The translations under genes were made by a program, and so were the position numbers. Below are positions 46,933 to 55,920 of a stretch of 64,000 nucleotides of DNA, in pieces. Origin of the DNA: an uncultured Gammaproteobacteria bacterium. Its GTDB lineage: Bacteria; Patescibacteriota; Microgenomatia; CAZXEC01. The stretch covers positions 390,903 through 454,902 of the forward strand of contig CAZXEC010000001.1 of assembly GCA_964639595.1 (NCBI GenBank). The letters are read 5' to 3'. The first letter of the stretch is position 1. Every line of letters starts with the position of its first letter. The notes under the pieces were generated by a model. The model did not search any database. It was not told where the DNA came from and worked only from the letters and a program-made list of their open reading frames with translations.

Positions 46933-47760
46933 ATGTTTGCCAAAAGGAGACGACTACAAATTCGTAGAAACAGATTAATTCTGCCGCTGAAAAATGTGGT
47001 AGTAGTGCCGTTCAAGAAGTTTTGGTTAGTTAGTGTGGTAGTGCTACTTGCTGCAGTTGTCTACTTATTTTTTCGTTCGGATCTGTTTTTAATTCATCAG
47101 ATTAAAGTGCAATCTTCCAGCCAATGTGTCAGTGAAGATCAGATCAAAGATGCTGCCGGTGCTTGGGGAAAAAGTTTTTTTACTATCGACACGAGCGATC
47201 TTTCCCAAAAAATCCTCAACAAGTTTATAGTTATTAAATCAGTTGAAATTAAAAAAGATTGGCCGGATCAGTTGATTTTGACAGTCGAATGTAGAAAACC
47301 TCTGCTCCAGGTGATTAAAGCCAACCTACCAGGGTTAAATATCAAAGAAGCCTCAAGCTCTGCCGATATTGTCATACCCGGCAACCCAGGCGCTGTTTTG
47401 TTAGCTGATGTACAGGGGGTTATTTTTAAGACTCAACCAAACCTGGATTTGAGCTTGCCGGTATTTTTAATCGAAGAGGAACTTAGCATAGGATCTAAAC
47501 TAGATAGTATTGCCCAAAAGGCGGCAATTGATGCTATTGAAACGAGTCAACAAGAAGGGTTTTTTAGCCAGTCAGTAGTGTTTTTGGATGATCTTATTCA
47601 GGTTAACTTCAGTAATGGTATGATAGTGAAAATGAATAAGGCACCCTTGCCAAATAAGTTATCTGATCTTGATTTAATCCTCAAAAAAATCAAGCTAGAT
47701 GGTAAGCAAGTTAGGCTGATAGACCTGCGTTTTGACAAACCGATTATAGTATATCGCTAA
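46933..47760 (+). CDS. ftsQ: Cell division protein FtsQ (TM plus POTRA)
   Basis: One TM followed by FIVIKSVEIKKDWPDQLILTVECRKPL (POTRA-like). Located between murG and ftsA. Confidence 0.6.
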   Translation: MFAKRRRLQIRRNRLILPLKNVVVVPFKKFWLVSVVVLLAAVVYLFFRSDLFLIHQIKVQSSSQCVSEDQIKDAAGAWGKSFFTIDTSDLSQKILNKFIVIKSVEIKKDWPDQLILTVECRKPLLQVIKANLPGLNIKEASSSADIVIPGNPGAVLLADVQGVIFKTQPNLDLSLPVFLIEEELSIGSKLDSIAQKAAIDAIETSQQEGFFSQSVVFLDDLIQVNFSNGMIVKMNKAPLPNKLSDLDLILKKIKLDGKQVRLIDLRFDKPIIVYR

Positions 47761-47823
47761 ATTACGGCGGCTCAATTGTAAATATGTCATTTGGCCTGTG
47801 AGGCATCCTTGAATAGTTCATGA

Positions 47824-47852
47824 TTGACTCATTTTTTAGCTTGACGTATACT
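47824..47852 (+). promoter_or_regulatory. Sigma70-like promoter TTGACT-N17-TATACT, 11 nt upstream of the ftsA ATG
   Basis: TTGACT at 47824-29 and TATACT at 47847-52; ATG at 47864. Confidence 0.5.
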
Positions 47853-47863
47853 CAAAATTATAA

Positions 47864-49171
47864 ATGGCTAGAGATCGTATAGTTTGCGGCATTGATATAG
47901 GTTCTTCTAAAATAACTACCGTTATCGCAACTGTTGTTCAAGATACACAGGCAGTTAATGTTATCGGAGTCTCGACGATTCATTCTAAAGGAATGCGTAA
48001 GGGGCAAGTAGTCAATATTGATGAGATAGTATCGGCTATTACTGAAAATTTAGAGGCAGCGGAGAGAATGGCAGGCTGCACAGTGTCATCTTGCTATGTT
48101 TCAATTGGCGGTTCTCATATCGCTTCCCAAAATTCCCATGGCGTAGTAGCAGTTTCTCAACCCGATCATGAAATAGGCGAAGACGATGTCAGACGAGTAA
48201 TTGAGGCGGCTCGAGCAATATCATTGCCGTCATCCCGCGAAACAGTTCATGTGATCCCACGCTGGTTTGTGGTGGATGGGCAAGAAGGCATTGCTGACCC
48301 TATTGGTATGACGGGAATTCGCCTGGAGGTAGACACCCACATCATATCAGGATCAACTACTTCTATGAGAAACTTAGCCAAGGCAGTGGGGGAAGTTGGC
48401 GTTGACGTAGATGGTCTGGTTTTTTCAGGTTTAGCTTCAGCAGAAGCTGTCCTGTCTGATACAGAAAAAGAGTTAGGAGTAATTGTAGTTGATATTGGCG
48501 GAGGAACAACTGATATTTGCATGTATGTGGAAGGTGCTTTGGCCTACTCATCGGTTTTACCAGTGGGTGCCAAAAATATTACCAATGATATTGCCATTGG
48601 TTTAAGGATCTCTCTGGATAGTGCTGAAAAAATTAAAATTTCTTTGTCTGCTCCTCCAAAGTATGCAGTGGGCATTGATGAAGAAGTAGCAATTCCTTCT
48701 CACCACGCCGATGATAAAAGAAGAAGAGAAGATGAGATTGACCTGACTAATTTGGGCTTACAAGAAGAAATAAAAAGCGCGTCTAAGAAAACCTTGGTAG
48801 ATGGCATTATCAGACCGCGCTTGGACCAGATATTTGAATATGTGGGCTTAGAAATTAAAAGGTCTGGTCTAGTTGGCCAAACCCCCGCCGGTTTAGTATT
48901 AACCGGAGGAGGATCTCAAACTGTTGGTATAGTTGAGTCAGCCAAAAAAGAATTAGCATTACCAGTCAGAATCGGCACACCCACTGGCCTGTCAGGTTTA
49001 GTTGATGAAATTTTATCTCCGGCTTACGCTACCAGCGCTGGCTTAGTTGTCTATGGAGCTCGTACCCAACATGAAGAAAAATCACGTAATGTTATACCAA
49101 GAGTAGGCAATATCCAATTTAAGGGTTTATTGTCTCGCGGTATGGATTTATTAAAATCTCTTCTGCCATAG
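47864..49171 (+). CDS. ftsA: Cell division protein FtsA
   Basis: Actin-fold motifs: VCGIDIGSSKI and DIGGGTTD. Confidence 0.85.
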   Translation: MARDRIVCGIDIGSSKITTVIATVVQDTQAVNVIGVSTIHSKGMRKGQVVNIDEIVSAITENLEAAERMAGCTVSSCYVSIGGSHIASQNSHGVVAVSQPDHEIGEDDVRRVIEAARAISLPSSRETVHVIPRWFVVDGQEGIADPIGMTGIRLEVDTHIISGSTTSMRNLAKAVGEVGVDVDGLVFSGLASAEAVLSDTEKELGVIVVDIGGGTTDICMYVEGALAYSSVLPVGAKNITNDIAIGLRISLDSAEKIKISLSAPPKYAVGIDEEVAIPSHHADDKRRREDEIDLTNLGLQEEIKSASKKTLVDGIIRPRLDQIFEYVGLEIKRSGLVGQTPAGLVLTGGGSQTVGIVESAKKELALPVRIGTPTGLSGLVDEILSPAYATSAGLVVYGARTQHEEKSRNVIPRVGNIQFKGLLSRGMDLLKSLLP

Positions 49172-49186
49172 GGTTTACTTTTTTGC

Positions 49187-49214
49187 TTGACACGAAGGTG
49201 TCGTATGTTATACT
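49187..49214 (+). promoter_or_regulatory. Sigma70-like promoter TTGACA-N16-TATACT, 13 nt upstream of the ftsZ ATG
   Basis: TTGACA at 49187-92 and TATACT at 49209-14; ATG at 49228. Confidence 0.5.
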
Positions 49215-49227
49215 TCTGTGTAAATTT

Positions 49228-50367
49228 ATGTTGATTAAGCCGGAAGTGAGACCTTTTGCCAAGATTAAAGTCATTGGACTGGGAGGTGCTGGTTGTAATG
49301 CCTTAAACTCCATGATTTCACTATCACAAATCCAGGGAGTAGAATTTATTGCCGTCAATACTGATGCTCAAGCACTCTTAACCTGTCAAGCTCCCACTAA
49401 AGTTCAAATCGGAGAAAATTTAACCAAAGGTTTAGGCAGTGGGGCTGATCCGGAAATAGGCCAAAAAGCGGCAGAGGAATCGACTGAAAAACTCCATGAC
49501 ATTTTATCCGACGCTGACATGGTGTTTGTCACCGCCGGCATGGGAGGAGGCACTGGGACTGGTTCTGCTCCGATAGTGGCCTCAATTGCCCGGTCACAAA
49601 AAGCCTTGACAGTGGCAGTGACTACTAAGCCATTTGCTTTTGAAGGAACTCGAAGAATGATGATAGCAGAACAGGGCATATCAACACTCAAAGATAAGGT
49701 TGATGCCTTAATTGTTATTCCCAACCAGCGGATTCTGGACGTAGTTGATGCGAAGATGTCCATTATTGAGGCTTTTAAGGTGGCTGATTCAGTGCTATCC
49801 CAGGGTGTGCAGGGCATTGCTGATTTGATTACCATGCCGGGACTGATTAATGTGGACTTTGCCGATGTCAGGACTATTATGACCGGTGCTGGTTCTGCTT
49901 TGATGGGTATTGGTGTTGGGCAAGGAGAAAATAGAGCAGTGACTGCTGCTAGGATGGCGATTGCCTCGCCCTTATTGGAGGTATCCATTGATGGCGCCAG
50001 AGGGGTATTGTTTAATATTATCGGCGGGCCGGACTTGGCCATGTCAGAAGTTGATGAGGCTGCTAAAATTATTGCCGGCGCAGCTGATGCTGATGCTAAT
50101 ATTATCTTTGGGGCCACCATTGATGAGAAAATGGTAGACCAGATCAAAATTACTGTTATTGCCACTGGTTTTGATGCCACCAGAAGGCGGTTGAGGGAGC
50201 TAACCAGAAGAGACACCAGTCAGATTCAAAACCAGATGGGCGACCCATGGCTAAATTCTTCAACAGGCGATATACCGCTTACTCCAGCATCGACAGTTCC
50301 AATTATTGATGAAAATATATTTACCGATGATGATTTCGACACTCCGGCCTTTTTGAAAAAACACTAG
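49228..50367 (+). CDS. ftsZ: Cell division GTPase FtsZ
   Basis: IKVIGLGGAGCNA and the GGGTGTG (T7-loop region). The internal ATG was chosen over the ORF-track start at 49183 because it fits the promoter. Confidence 0.9.
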   Translation: MLIKPEVRPFAKIKVIGLGGAGCNALNSMISLSQIQGVEFIAVNTDAQALLTCQAPTKVQIGENLTKGLGSGADPEIGQKAAEESTEKLHDILSDADMVFVTAGMGGGTGTGSAPIVASIARSQKALTVAVTTKPFAFEGTRRMMIAEQGISTLKDKVDALIVIPNQRILDVVDAKMSIIEAFKVADSVLSQGVQGIADLITMPGLINVDFADVRTIMTGAGSALMGIGVGQGENRAVTAARMAIASPLLEVSIDGARGVLFNIIGGPDLAMSEVDEAAKIIAGAADADANIIFGATIDEKMVDQIKITVIATGFDATRRRLRELTRRDTSQIQNQMGDPWLNSSTGDIPLTPASTVPIIDENIFTDDDFDTPAFLKKH

Positions 50368-50666
50368 TTTGCCACTTCCATGACAGAGGTTGTTGAACAA
50401 ACACCGCCAAATCATGCAAAGTGGCCTGAAAAATTAAAGGTCAGTTATCGCTACTCCGGCTTTTCTAAGAAATAGCAGGTAACATCCAGAGCCTAAGATT
50501 TGATTATCAACTGCATGAGTAGTTTAATATAAAAGATGGACACAGTGGACACAGAAAAAACACCCTCCCTCCCCCGCCTTTCACAAAAAAGAAAGGCCGG
50601 GTTCTTTCCCGAACATCTTCTGCCATTTGTTCCCTGGCGTGGTGAAGTAGAAGACGAGAAGTGTAC

Positions 50667-51447
50667 ACATCACACCCTTAGGGTGTGATGTATTTGATGG
50701 TCTAGTGATCCTCATTCTATTAGAAGGTGTTTTAGTTGATCTAATTGTCTTTGGTAGCCGATTTGGTCTTCTGTGAATTTGATAAATTCTTGGGTAGAAG
50801 TAAAATATTTTAAAACAAGATCTTTATTGATGATATCTAAATTATGCTTACCAATGTAGGTAGGAAAAGATGACCATGGATAGTTTTCTAATTGTTTGAT
50901 ATCACTTAAAATAAAAGCAGTAGTAGGGTTTAAATGTATATATCTTACAACATGAATCAATTGGTCACCGCTTTTAATTAATTTTGCCTTGAACATAGTT
51001 TTGAATAAACTTCCGTCACGAGCCGTCCTAACATTAAAATATTTAGCATAGCTGTTCTGAAAGTTACTCATAAAAGTTGATATTCCCCTTGCTCTTACCT
51101 CTTTGATTAGGAAATGGATATGATTTGGCATAAGACAGAAAGCAAGTAACTCTATTTGTTTTTGGCCATTTTTTCTTAAGTTATCCATAAAATCATTTTT
51201 TTGCAAATCAGATAAACGTTTAAAGTAGGAGAACCGTATCTTTACACCTACATAGCTGTAGAATACTAAGACTTGTAAAGCTCTTTGATAGTCCTGCTTA
51301 GTTAAGAATATAGACTGTTGAGCAATACCTCTATTAAATACATGATATATTTGGTCAATCACTAAAGGGGGATTCCTGTATGTCATGATTTAATACTATC
51401 ACACCCTTAGGGTGTGATAGGGGTGTATAGGGTGTGATAGTATTGTC
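50667..51447 (-). mobile_element. Y1-HUH (IS200/RAYT-type) transposase gene bracketed by identical palindromes (REPtron-like unit)
   Basis: Palindrome ACATCACACCC-TTA-GGGTGTGATGT at 50667-50691. Palindrome TATCACACCC-TTA-GGGTGTGATA at 51397-51419, with a partial third copy at 51421-51440. They flank a 224-aa ORF. Confidence 0.55.
50712..51386 (-). CDS. REP-associated tyrosine transposase (RAYT)/IS200-family Y1 HUH transposase
   Basis: N-terminal YHVFNRG (RAYT-type YHV..RGN), the HUH motif LMPNHIHFLI, and the Tyr motif VRYIHLNP. Confidence 0.6.
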   Translation of the reverse strand: MTYRNPPLVIDQIYHVFNRGIAQQSIFLTKQDYQRALQVLVFYSYVGVKIRFSYFKRLSDLQKNDFMDNLRKNGQKQIELLAFCLMPNHIHFLIKEVRARGISTFMSNFQNSYAKYFNVRTARDGSLFKTMFKAKLIKSGDQLIHVVRYIHLNPTTAFILSDIKQLENYPWSSFPTYIGKHNLDIINKDLVLKYFTSTQEFIKFTEDQIGYQRQLDQLKHLLIE

Positions 51448-51487
51448 AACTTGTCCCCAAGCTGGATTTTTAGGTACAATATCATTG

Positions 51488-54409
51488 ATGTTTAAACCAG
51501 TTTCTACCAAGATGGATTTTATTGACATGGAGCATAAGCTCCTGGATTTTTGGTATTCCCAGGGGATTATTAAGAAATATTTGGCCAAAAATAACCAGTC
51601 ACAGTCCAAATTCTCCTTTTTAGACGGCCCGATTACTGCCAATAATCCCATGGGAGTGCACCATGCCTGGGGCAGAACTTATAAAGACCTCTGGCAACGC
51701 TTTTTTACTATGCTAGGTAAAAAACAACGTTATCAAAACGGTTTTGATGAACAAGGGCTTTGGGTAGAGGTAGAAGTTGAGAAAGAGCTGGGCTTAAAAA
51801 GTAAAAAAGATATTGAGAATTTGGTTCCCGGTGATAAATTCAAAAGTCTGGAAAAATTTATCAACCTGTGCCAGGATCGAGTCAAAAAATTTTCCGCCAT
51901 CCAAACGGAACAATCCCAGAGACTGGGCTACTTCATGGATTGGGATAATTCTTATCACACTTCCTCGGAAGAGAATAACTACACGATTTGGCGTTATTTG
52001 GCAACTGTTCATAAAAAGGGTTGGTTGTATAAAGGCAGGGATTCTGTGCCATGGTGTCCCAGATGCGGAACAGCCATTTCTCAACATGAGATTTTAACTG
52101 AAGAATATCAAGAACTTACCCATAAAACAGTCGTATTTAAGCTTCCTCTAAAAGGGAAAAAGAATGAATACCTTTTAGCTTGGACGACAACTCCGTGGAC
52201 GATACCAGGAAATGTAGCTCTAGCCGTAGACCCAGATCGTTCATATTGGAAGATGACTAATAATAAAGGAGAAAAAATAATACTTATCAATCCTACAGCA
52301 AGTGGAAATGTTGAGAAGGAGGCAATGCTTGTTGAAAGATTGGATTTGACTAAAGGTTGGGTGAAGCATCAGGGAGGAGAAATAAAAGGTAAAGATTTAA
52401 TTGGGCTAGAATATGAGGCGCCATATAATCATCTACCAGCTGTTAAAAAAACTTTAGGGAAATACCAGCATCAGGTAGTTTCAGCAGACCCAAAGATATT
52501 GGCAATTAATCCAGCTGAAGGTACAGGAATTGTTCATATAGCACCTGGTGCTGGAGCCGAAGATTTTAGGCTAGGTATTAAAGAAAAAATACCCTCAATT
52601 GAAGAAATTGATGAGACGGGAATATTTCTAGAAGGATTTGAATTTTTAAGTAGTCTTGATGTCAACGAAGCCTCAAAGAAAATACTGGAAGATCTCAAGA
52701 ATCGTAATTTAGCTTTTAAGATCGCTGATTATACTCATCGATACCCCACATGCTGGCGATGTAAAACAGAACTGGTCTGGCGGGTAGTAGATGAGTGGTA
52801 TATAGCGATGGACCATCCTTCGCGCAAGGCTTCGGATGGCAAGCAAACCTATCGACAAATGATGATGGAAGTGGCAAAAAAGATTGACTGGATTCCAGAG
52901 TGGGGATTGGATCGGGAACTGGATTGGCTCAAAAATATGCACGATTGGTTAATCTCCAAGAAAAGATACTGGGGTTTGGCCCTGCCTGTTTGGGAATGTC
53001 ACAAATGCGGAAATTTTGAAGTTATTGACAGCAGGGATGAATTACAAAAAAAAGCTGTAGCGGGCTGGGATCAATTTACTGGACATTCGCCTCATCGGCC
53101 TTGGATAGATCAAATAAAAATCAAATGCTCAAAATGTAATGAAAGTATCTTAAGAATTCCGGATGTGGGCAACCCTTGGCTTGATGCCGGGATAGTGCCT
53201 TTTTCGACCATGCCAGAAGATTGGTTTCCGGCAGATTTTATTACGGAATCTTTTCCTGGTCAATTTAAAAACTGGTTCTATTCGTTAATTGCCATGAGCA
53301 CTGTCTTAAAAAACACTAATCCATTCCAGGCGGTGTTAGGCTTTGCGTCGGTCAGGGATGACAGGGGAGAGGAAATGCACAAGTCCAAAGGCAATGCTAT
53401 TGAGTTTGGCGAGGCGGCAGACAAGATTGGCGTGGATGTGATGCGGTGGATTTATAGTATTCAAAATCCGGAACAAAATCTTAATTTTGGCTATCATACG
53501 GCAGACGAAACCAGGCGGAGATTTTATTTAATTCTGTGGAATGTTTACAGTTTCTTTGTAACATATGCCAACCTTGATAAATGGACTCCACCGGCAAAAT
53601 TTTCCCAACACTCTCAATCTGCTAATATACTTGACCGTTGGGTACTTACTAAATTATATCGATTGGTTGAGCTGGTAACTAGTTCACTGGCAAGCTATGA
53701 TGCTATGACTGCCTCTCGGGCAATTGAAGAGTTTGTTGTTGATGATCTTTCCGGATGGTATATCAGACGCAGCCGTGATCGGGTGGGGCCCACTGTTGAT
53801 GATAGTCAAGACAAAGATGCCTTTTATCAGACATGCCATGAAGTTTTGGTGAAGTTATCAAAAACTCTGGCCCCTTTTATACCATTTATTGCTGAAGAGA
53901 TTTACCAGAATCTGACTGGCGAGGAATCAGTCCATTTGTCTGATTGGCCAAAACCAGATAGCAAACAGACTATTGGGGGTATTGATCTAAACATGTCTGA
54001 TGCCATTAAACTTGCTTCTGTTGTCCATGCTTTTCGCAAGACTGCTGGCGTGAAAGTGAGAATTCCATTCAAAAAACTGCATTATTCAGGTTCAAAAATA
54101 CCAGATGAGATACTTAAAATAGTTGAGGATGAAGTTAATGTTTACCATTTAGAGTATAGAGGCAGGAATGAAGATTTTCAGGTGGATGGTGACATATCGG
54201 TTGCCAACCAAGATTTGCAAGCAGGACAGGCCAGGGAACTAATAAGAACAATTCAGGAAAAGAGAAAAGAAGCAGGCTGCGCTTTAGACGAGTTGATTGA
54301 AATAGTTGTTCCAAATTGGCCTGCTAGCTTCGAAAAAGACATTCTCAAGCAGACACTAGCCAAAAGCATAACCTCTGGACCAGAGTTGTCCGTGGTGAGA
54401 ATTTCATAA
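51488..54409 (+). CDS. ileS: Isoleucyl-tRNA synthetase (archaeal/eukaryote-like type)
   Basis: Class I HIGH-variant (PMGVHHAWG), KMSKS-variant (HKSKGN), and the zinc/editing region VPWCPRCGTAIS. Start 51488 was chosen because TACAAT (51475-80) lies 7 nt upstream; 51512 is possible. Confidence 0.7.
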   Translation: MFKPVSTKMDFIDMEHKLLDFWYSQGIIKKYLAKNNQSQSKFSFLDGPITANNPMGVHHAWGRTYKDLWQRFFTMLGKKQRYQNGFDEQGLWVEVEVEKELGLKSKKDIENLVPGDKFKSLEKFINLCQDRVKKFSAIQTEQSQRLGYFMDWDNSYHTSSEENNYTIWRYLATVHKKGWLYKGRDSVPWCPRCGTAISQHEILTEEYQELTHKTVVFKLPLKGKKNEYLLAWTTTPWTIPGNVALAVDPDRSYWKMTNNKGEKIILINPTASGNVEKEAMLVERLDLTKGWVKHQGGEIKGKDLIGLEYEAPYNHLPAVKKTLGKYQHQVVSADPKILAINPAEGTGIVHIAPGAGAEDFRLGIKEKIPSIEEIDETGIFLEGFEFLSSLDVNEASKKILEDLKNRNLAFKIADYTHRYPTCWRCKTELVWRVVDEWYIAMDHPSRKASDGKQTYRQMMMEVAKKIDWIPEWGLDRELDWLKNMHDWLISKKRYWGLALPVWECHKCGNFEVIDSRDELQKKAVAGWDQFTGHSPHRPWIDQIKIKCSKCNESILRIPDVGNPWLDAGIVPFSTMPEDWFPADFITESFPGQFKNWFYSLIAMSTVLKNTNPFQAVLGFASVRDDRGEEMHKSKGNAIEFGEAADKIGVDVMRWIYSIQNPEQNLNFGYHTADETRRRFYLILWNVYSFFVTYANLDKWTPPAKFSQHSQSANILDRWVLTKLYRLVELVTSSLASYDAMTASRAIEEFVVDDLSGWYIRRSRDRVGPTVDDSQDKDAFYQTCHEVLVKLSKTLAPFIPFIAEEIYQNLTGEESVHLSDWPKPDSKQTIGGIDLNMSDAIKLASVVHAFRKTAGVKVRIPFKKLHYSGSKIPDEILKIVEDEVNVYHLEYRGRNEDFQVDGDISVANQDLQAGQARELIRTIQEKRKEAGCALDELIEIVVPNWPASFEKDILKQTLAKSITSGPELSVVRIS

Positions 54410-54412
54410 AAT

Positions 54413-55486
54413 ATGCCTTTTTCTAAAATTGATGGTGTTTTAACACTCTGCGCAGTTTTTTTATCGCTGTTTGGGCTGGCCATGATTGGGTCTGTGGCGC
54501 CGAGTTTATTCTTACAACAACTGGCATTTTTTGGTGTCGGGTTTTTGTTATATTTATTATTCTCTTCTTTCGACTACCGAATTTTTCGCCATTTGGCGCC
54601 GTTGCTTTATTTGATGACCATGCTGTTTTTGATTTTTACTTATTTTTGGGGATTGACCGCCAGAGGATCAGTGAGATGGTTAACAATCGCAGATTTTAGA
54701 TTGCAACCCTCGGAGATAGCTAAAGTGGTATTGATAATAACCGCGTGCTCCCTGTTGTTGAAGTTTAGAAAAAATTTTCCTGTGGCGCTAATCTTGTCCC
54801 TGACTGCAATGCTCTTACCCATGTTACTAGTTTTTCTGCAGCCAGATCTTGGATCAAGCATGGTGATTGCGTCTATCTGGTTGAGTATTATCCTGGCATT
54901 TGGGGTACCAAAAAAGTATTTGATGATGGGAATATTAGGACTGGCATTAGTCATTCCCATTTCTTGGAATGTGCTTCATGATTATCAAAAACAGCGACTG
55001 GTTACGTTTGTTAATCCCTATCTTGATCCGCTTGGTTCAGGATATCACGCTATCCAATCGACTATCGCAGTAGGGTCTGGGCAATTTTGGGGTAAGGGTT
55101 TTGGCAAAGGTACTCAAAGCCACCTGCAATTTTTACCTGAACAATACACTGATTTTATATTTGCCACTTTAGCTGAAGAATTCGGCTTTGTGGGGTCGAT
55201 GATTATAGTGGCACTGTTTACGATTTTATGTTTAAGGCTAATTTTTATTGCCCAACACGCGCCGGATTTATTTGGCTGCCTAATAGTGGTTGGGGTTTTG
55301 GTAATGATTTTGGTACAGACTGTAGTTAATATTGGCATGAATGTCGGCTTATTACCAATAACCGGTATTACTCTGCCTTTGGTGTCGTACGGCGGCAGCT
55401 CTTTGATATCAACCCTGATTGCCCTGGGGATAGCCTCATCAGTAGCAGTCAGGTCAAAATCGATTCGCTGGCAAGGGAAAAGCTAA
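54413..55486 (+). CDS. rodA: SEDS family protein RodA (second SEDS paralogue)
   Basis: SEDS topology and motifs (GSGYHAIQSTIAVGSGQFWGKGFG). Confidence 0.8.
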   Translation: MPFSKIDGVLTLCAVFLSLFGLAMIGSVAPSLFLQQLAFFGVGFLLYLLFSSFDYRIFRHLAPLLYLMTMLFLIFTYFWGLTARGSVRWLTIADFRLQPSEIAKVVLIITACSLLLKFRKNFPVALILSLTAMLLPMLLVFLQPDLGSSMVIASIWLSIILAFGVPKKYLMMGILGLALVIPISWNVLHDYQKQRLVTFVNPYLDPLGSGYHAIQSTIAVGSGQFWGKGFGKGTQSHLQFLPEQYTDFIFATLAEEFGFVGSMIIVALFTILCLRLIFIAQHAPDLFGCLIVVGVLVMILVQTVVNIGMNVGLLPITGITLPLVSYGGSSLISTLIALGIASSVAVRSKSIRWQGKS

Positions 55487-55508
55487 GCTGTCGCAAGGAA
55501 CAGTCACG

Positions 55509-55538
55509 TTGACTTGACCAGCCCCAATAACGTAAAAT
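55509..55538 (+). promoter_or_regulatory. Sigma70-like promoter TTGACT-N18-TAAAAT, 7 nt upstream of the rplU ATG (leaderless-type)
   Basis: TTGACT at 55509-14 and TAAAAT at 55533-38; ATG at 55546. Confidence 0.45.
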
Positions 55539-55545
55539 CAAGCCC

Positions 55546-55920
55546 ATGGAATATGCCATTGTTGAAGCTGCCGGAAAGCAATATCGAGTTCAAAAGGGGG
55601 ATCTGGTGGTGCTTGATAGCCAAAACCAGGCAGTAGGATCAAAGATAGTTTTTGATAAGGTATTACTGTGGGTAAACAACAGTAATGCCTTGATTGGCCA
55701 GCCGTACCTTGATGGTGTCCAGGTCGTGGCAAGTGTCCAGAAAGAGCAAAAAGGCACCAAAATCAGAGTTGCCAAATTTAGGGCCAAATCAAACTACCGG
55801 CGCCTTCATGGCCACCGCCAACTGGAAACCCTGTTGAAAATAGAAGACATCAAATCTAGCGCTAGCTCTCAAACCAAAACCGCTAAACCACCAACCAAAT
55901 CCAGGAAGAAAAGTGCCTAG
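55546..55920 (+). CDS. rplU: 50S ribosomal protein L21 with Lys-rich C-terminal extension
   Basis: MEYAIVEAAGKQYRVQKGDLV. Confidence 0.85.
   Translation: MEYAIVEAAGKQYRVQKGDLVVLDSQNQAVGSKIVFDKVLLWVNNSNALIGQPYLDGVQVVASVQKEQKGTKIRVAKFRAKSNYRRLHGHRQLETLLKIEDIKSSASSQTKTAKPPTKSRKKSA

Noticed and set aside
49404-50216. 270-aa minus-strand ORF
   Set aside because: It lies entirely antisense to ftsZ. It is a Gly/Ala/Pro-rich shadow frame of the GC-rich, glycine-codon-dense ftsZ sequence.
50520-50540. GGACACAGTGGACACAG direct repeat as a possible CRISPR remnant
   Set aside because: Only two short units with no spacer structure. It was kept only as part of the unassigned intergenic region.
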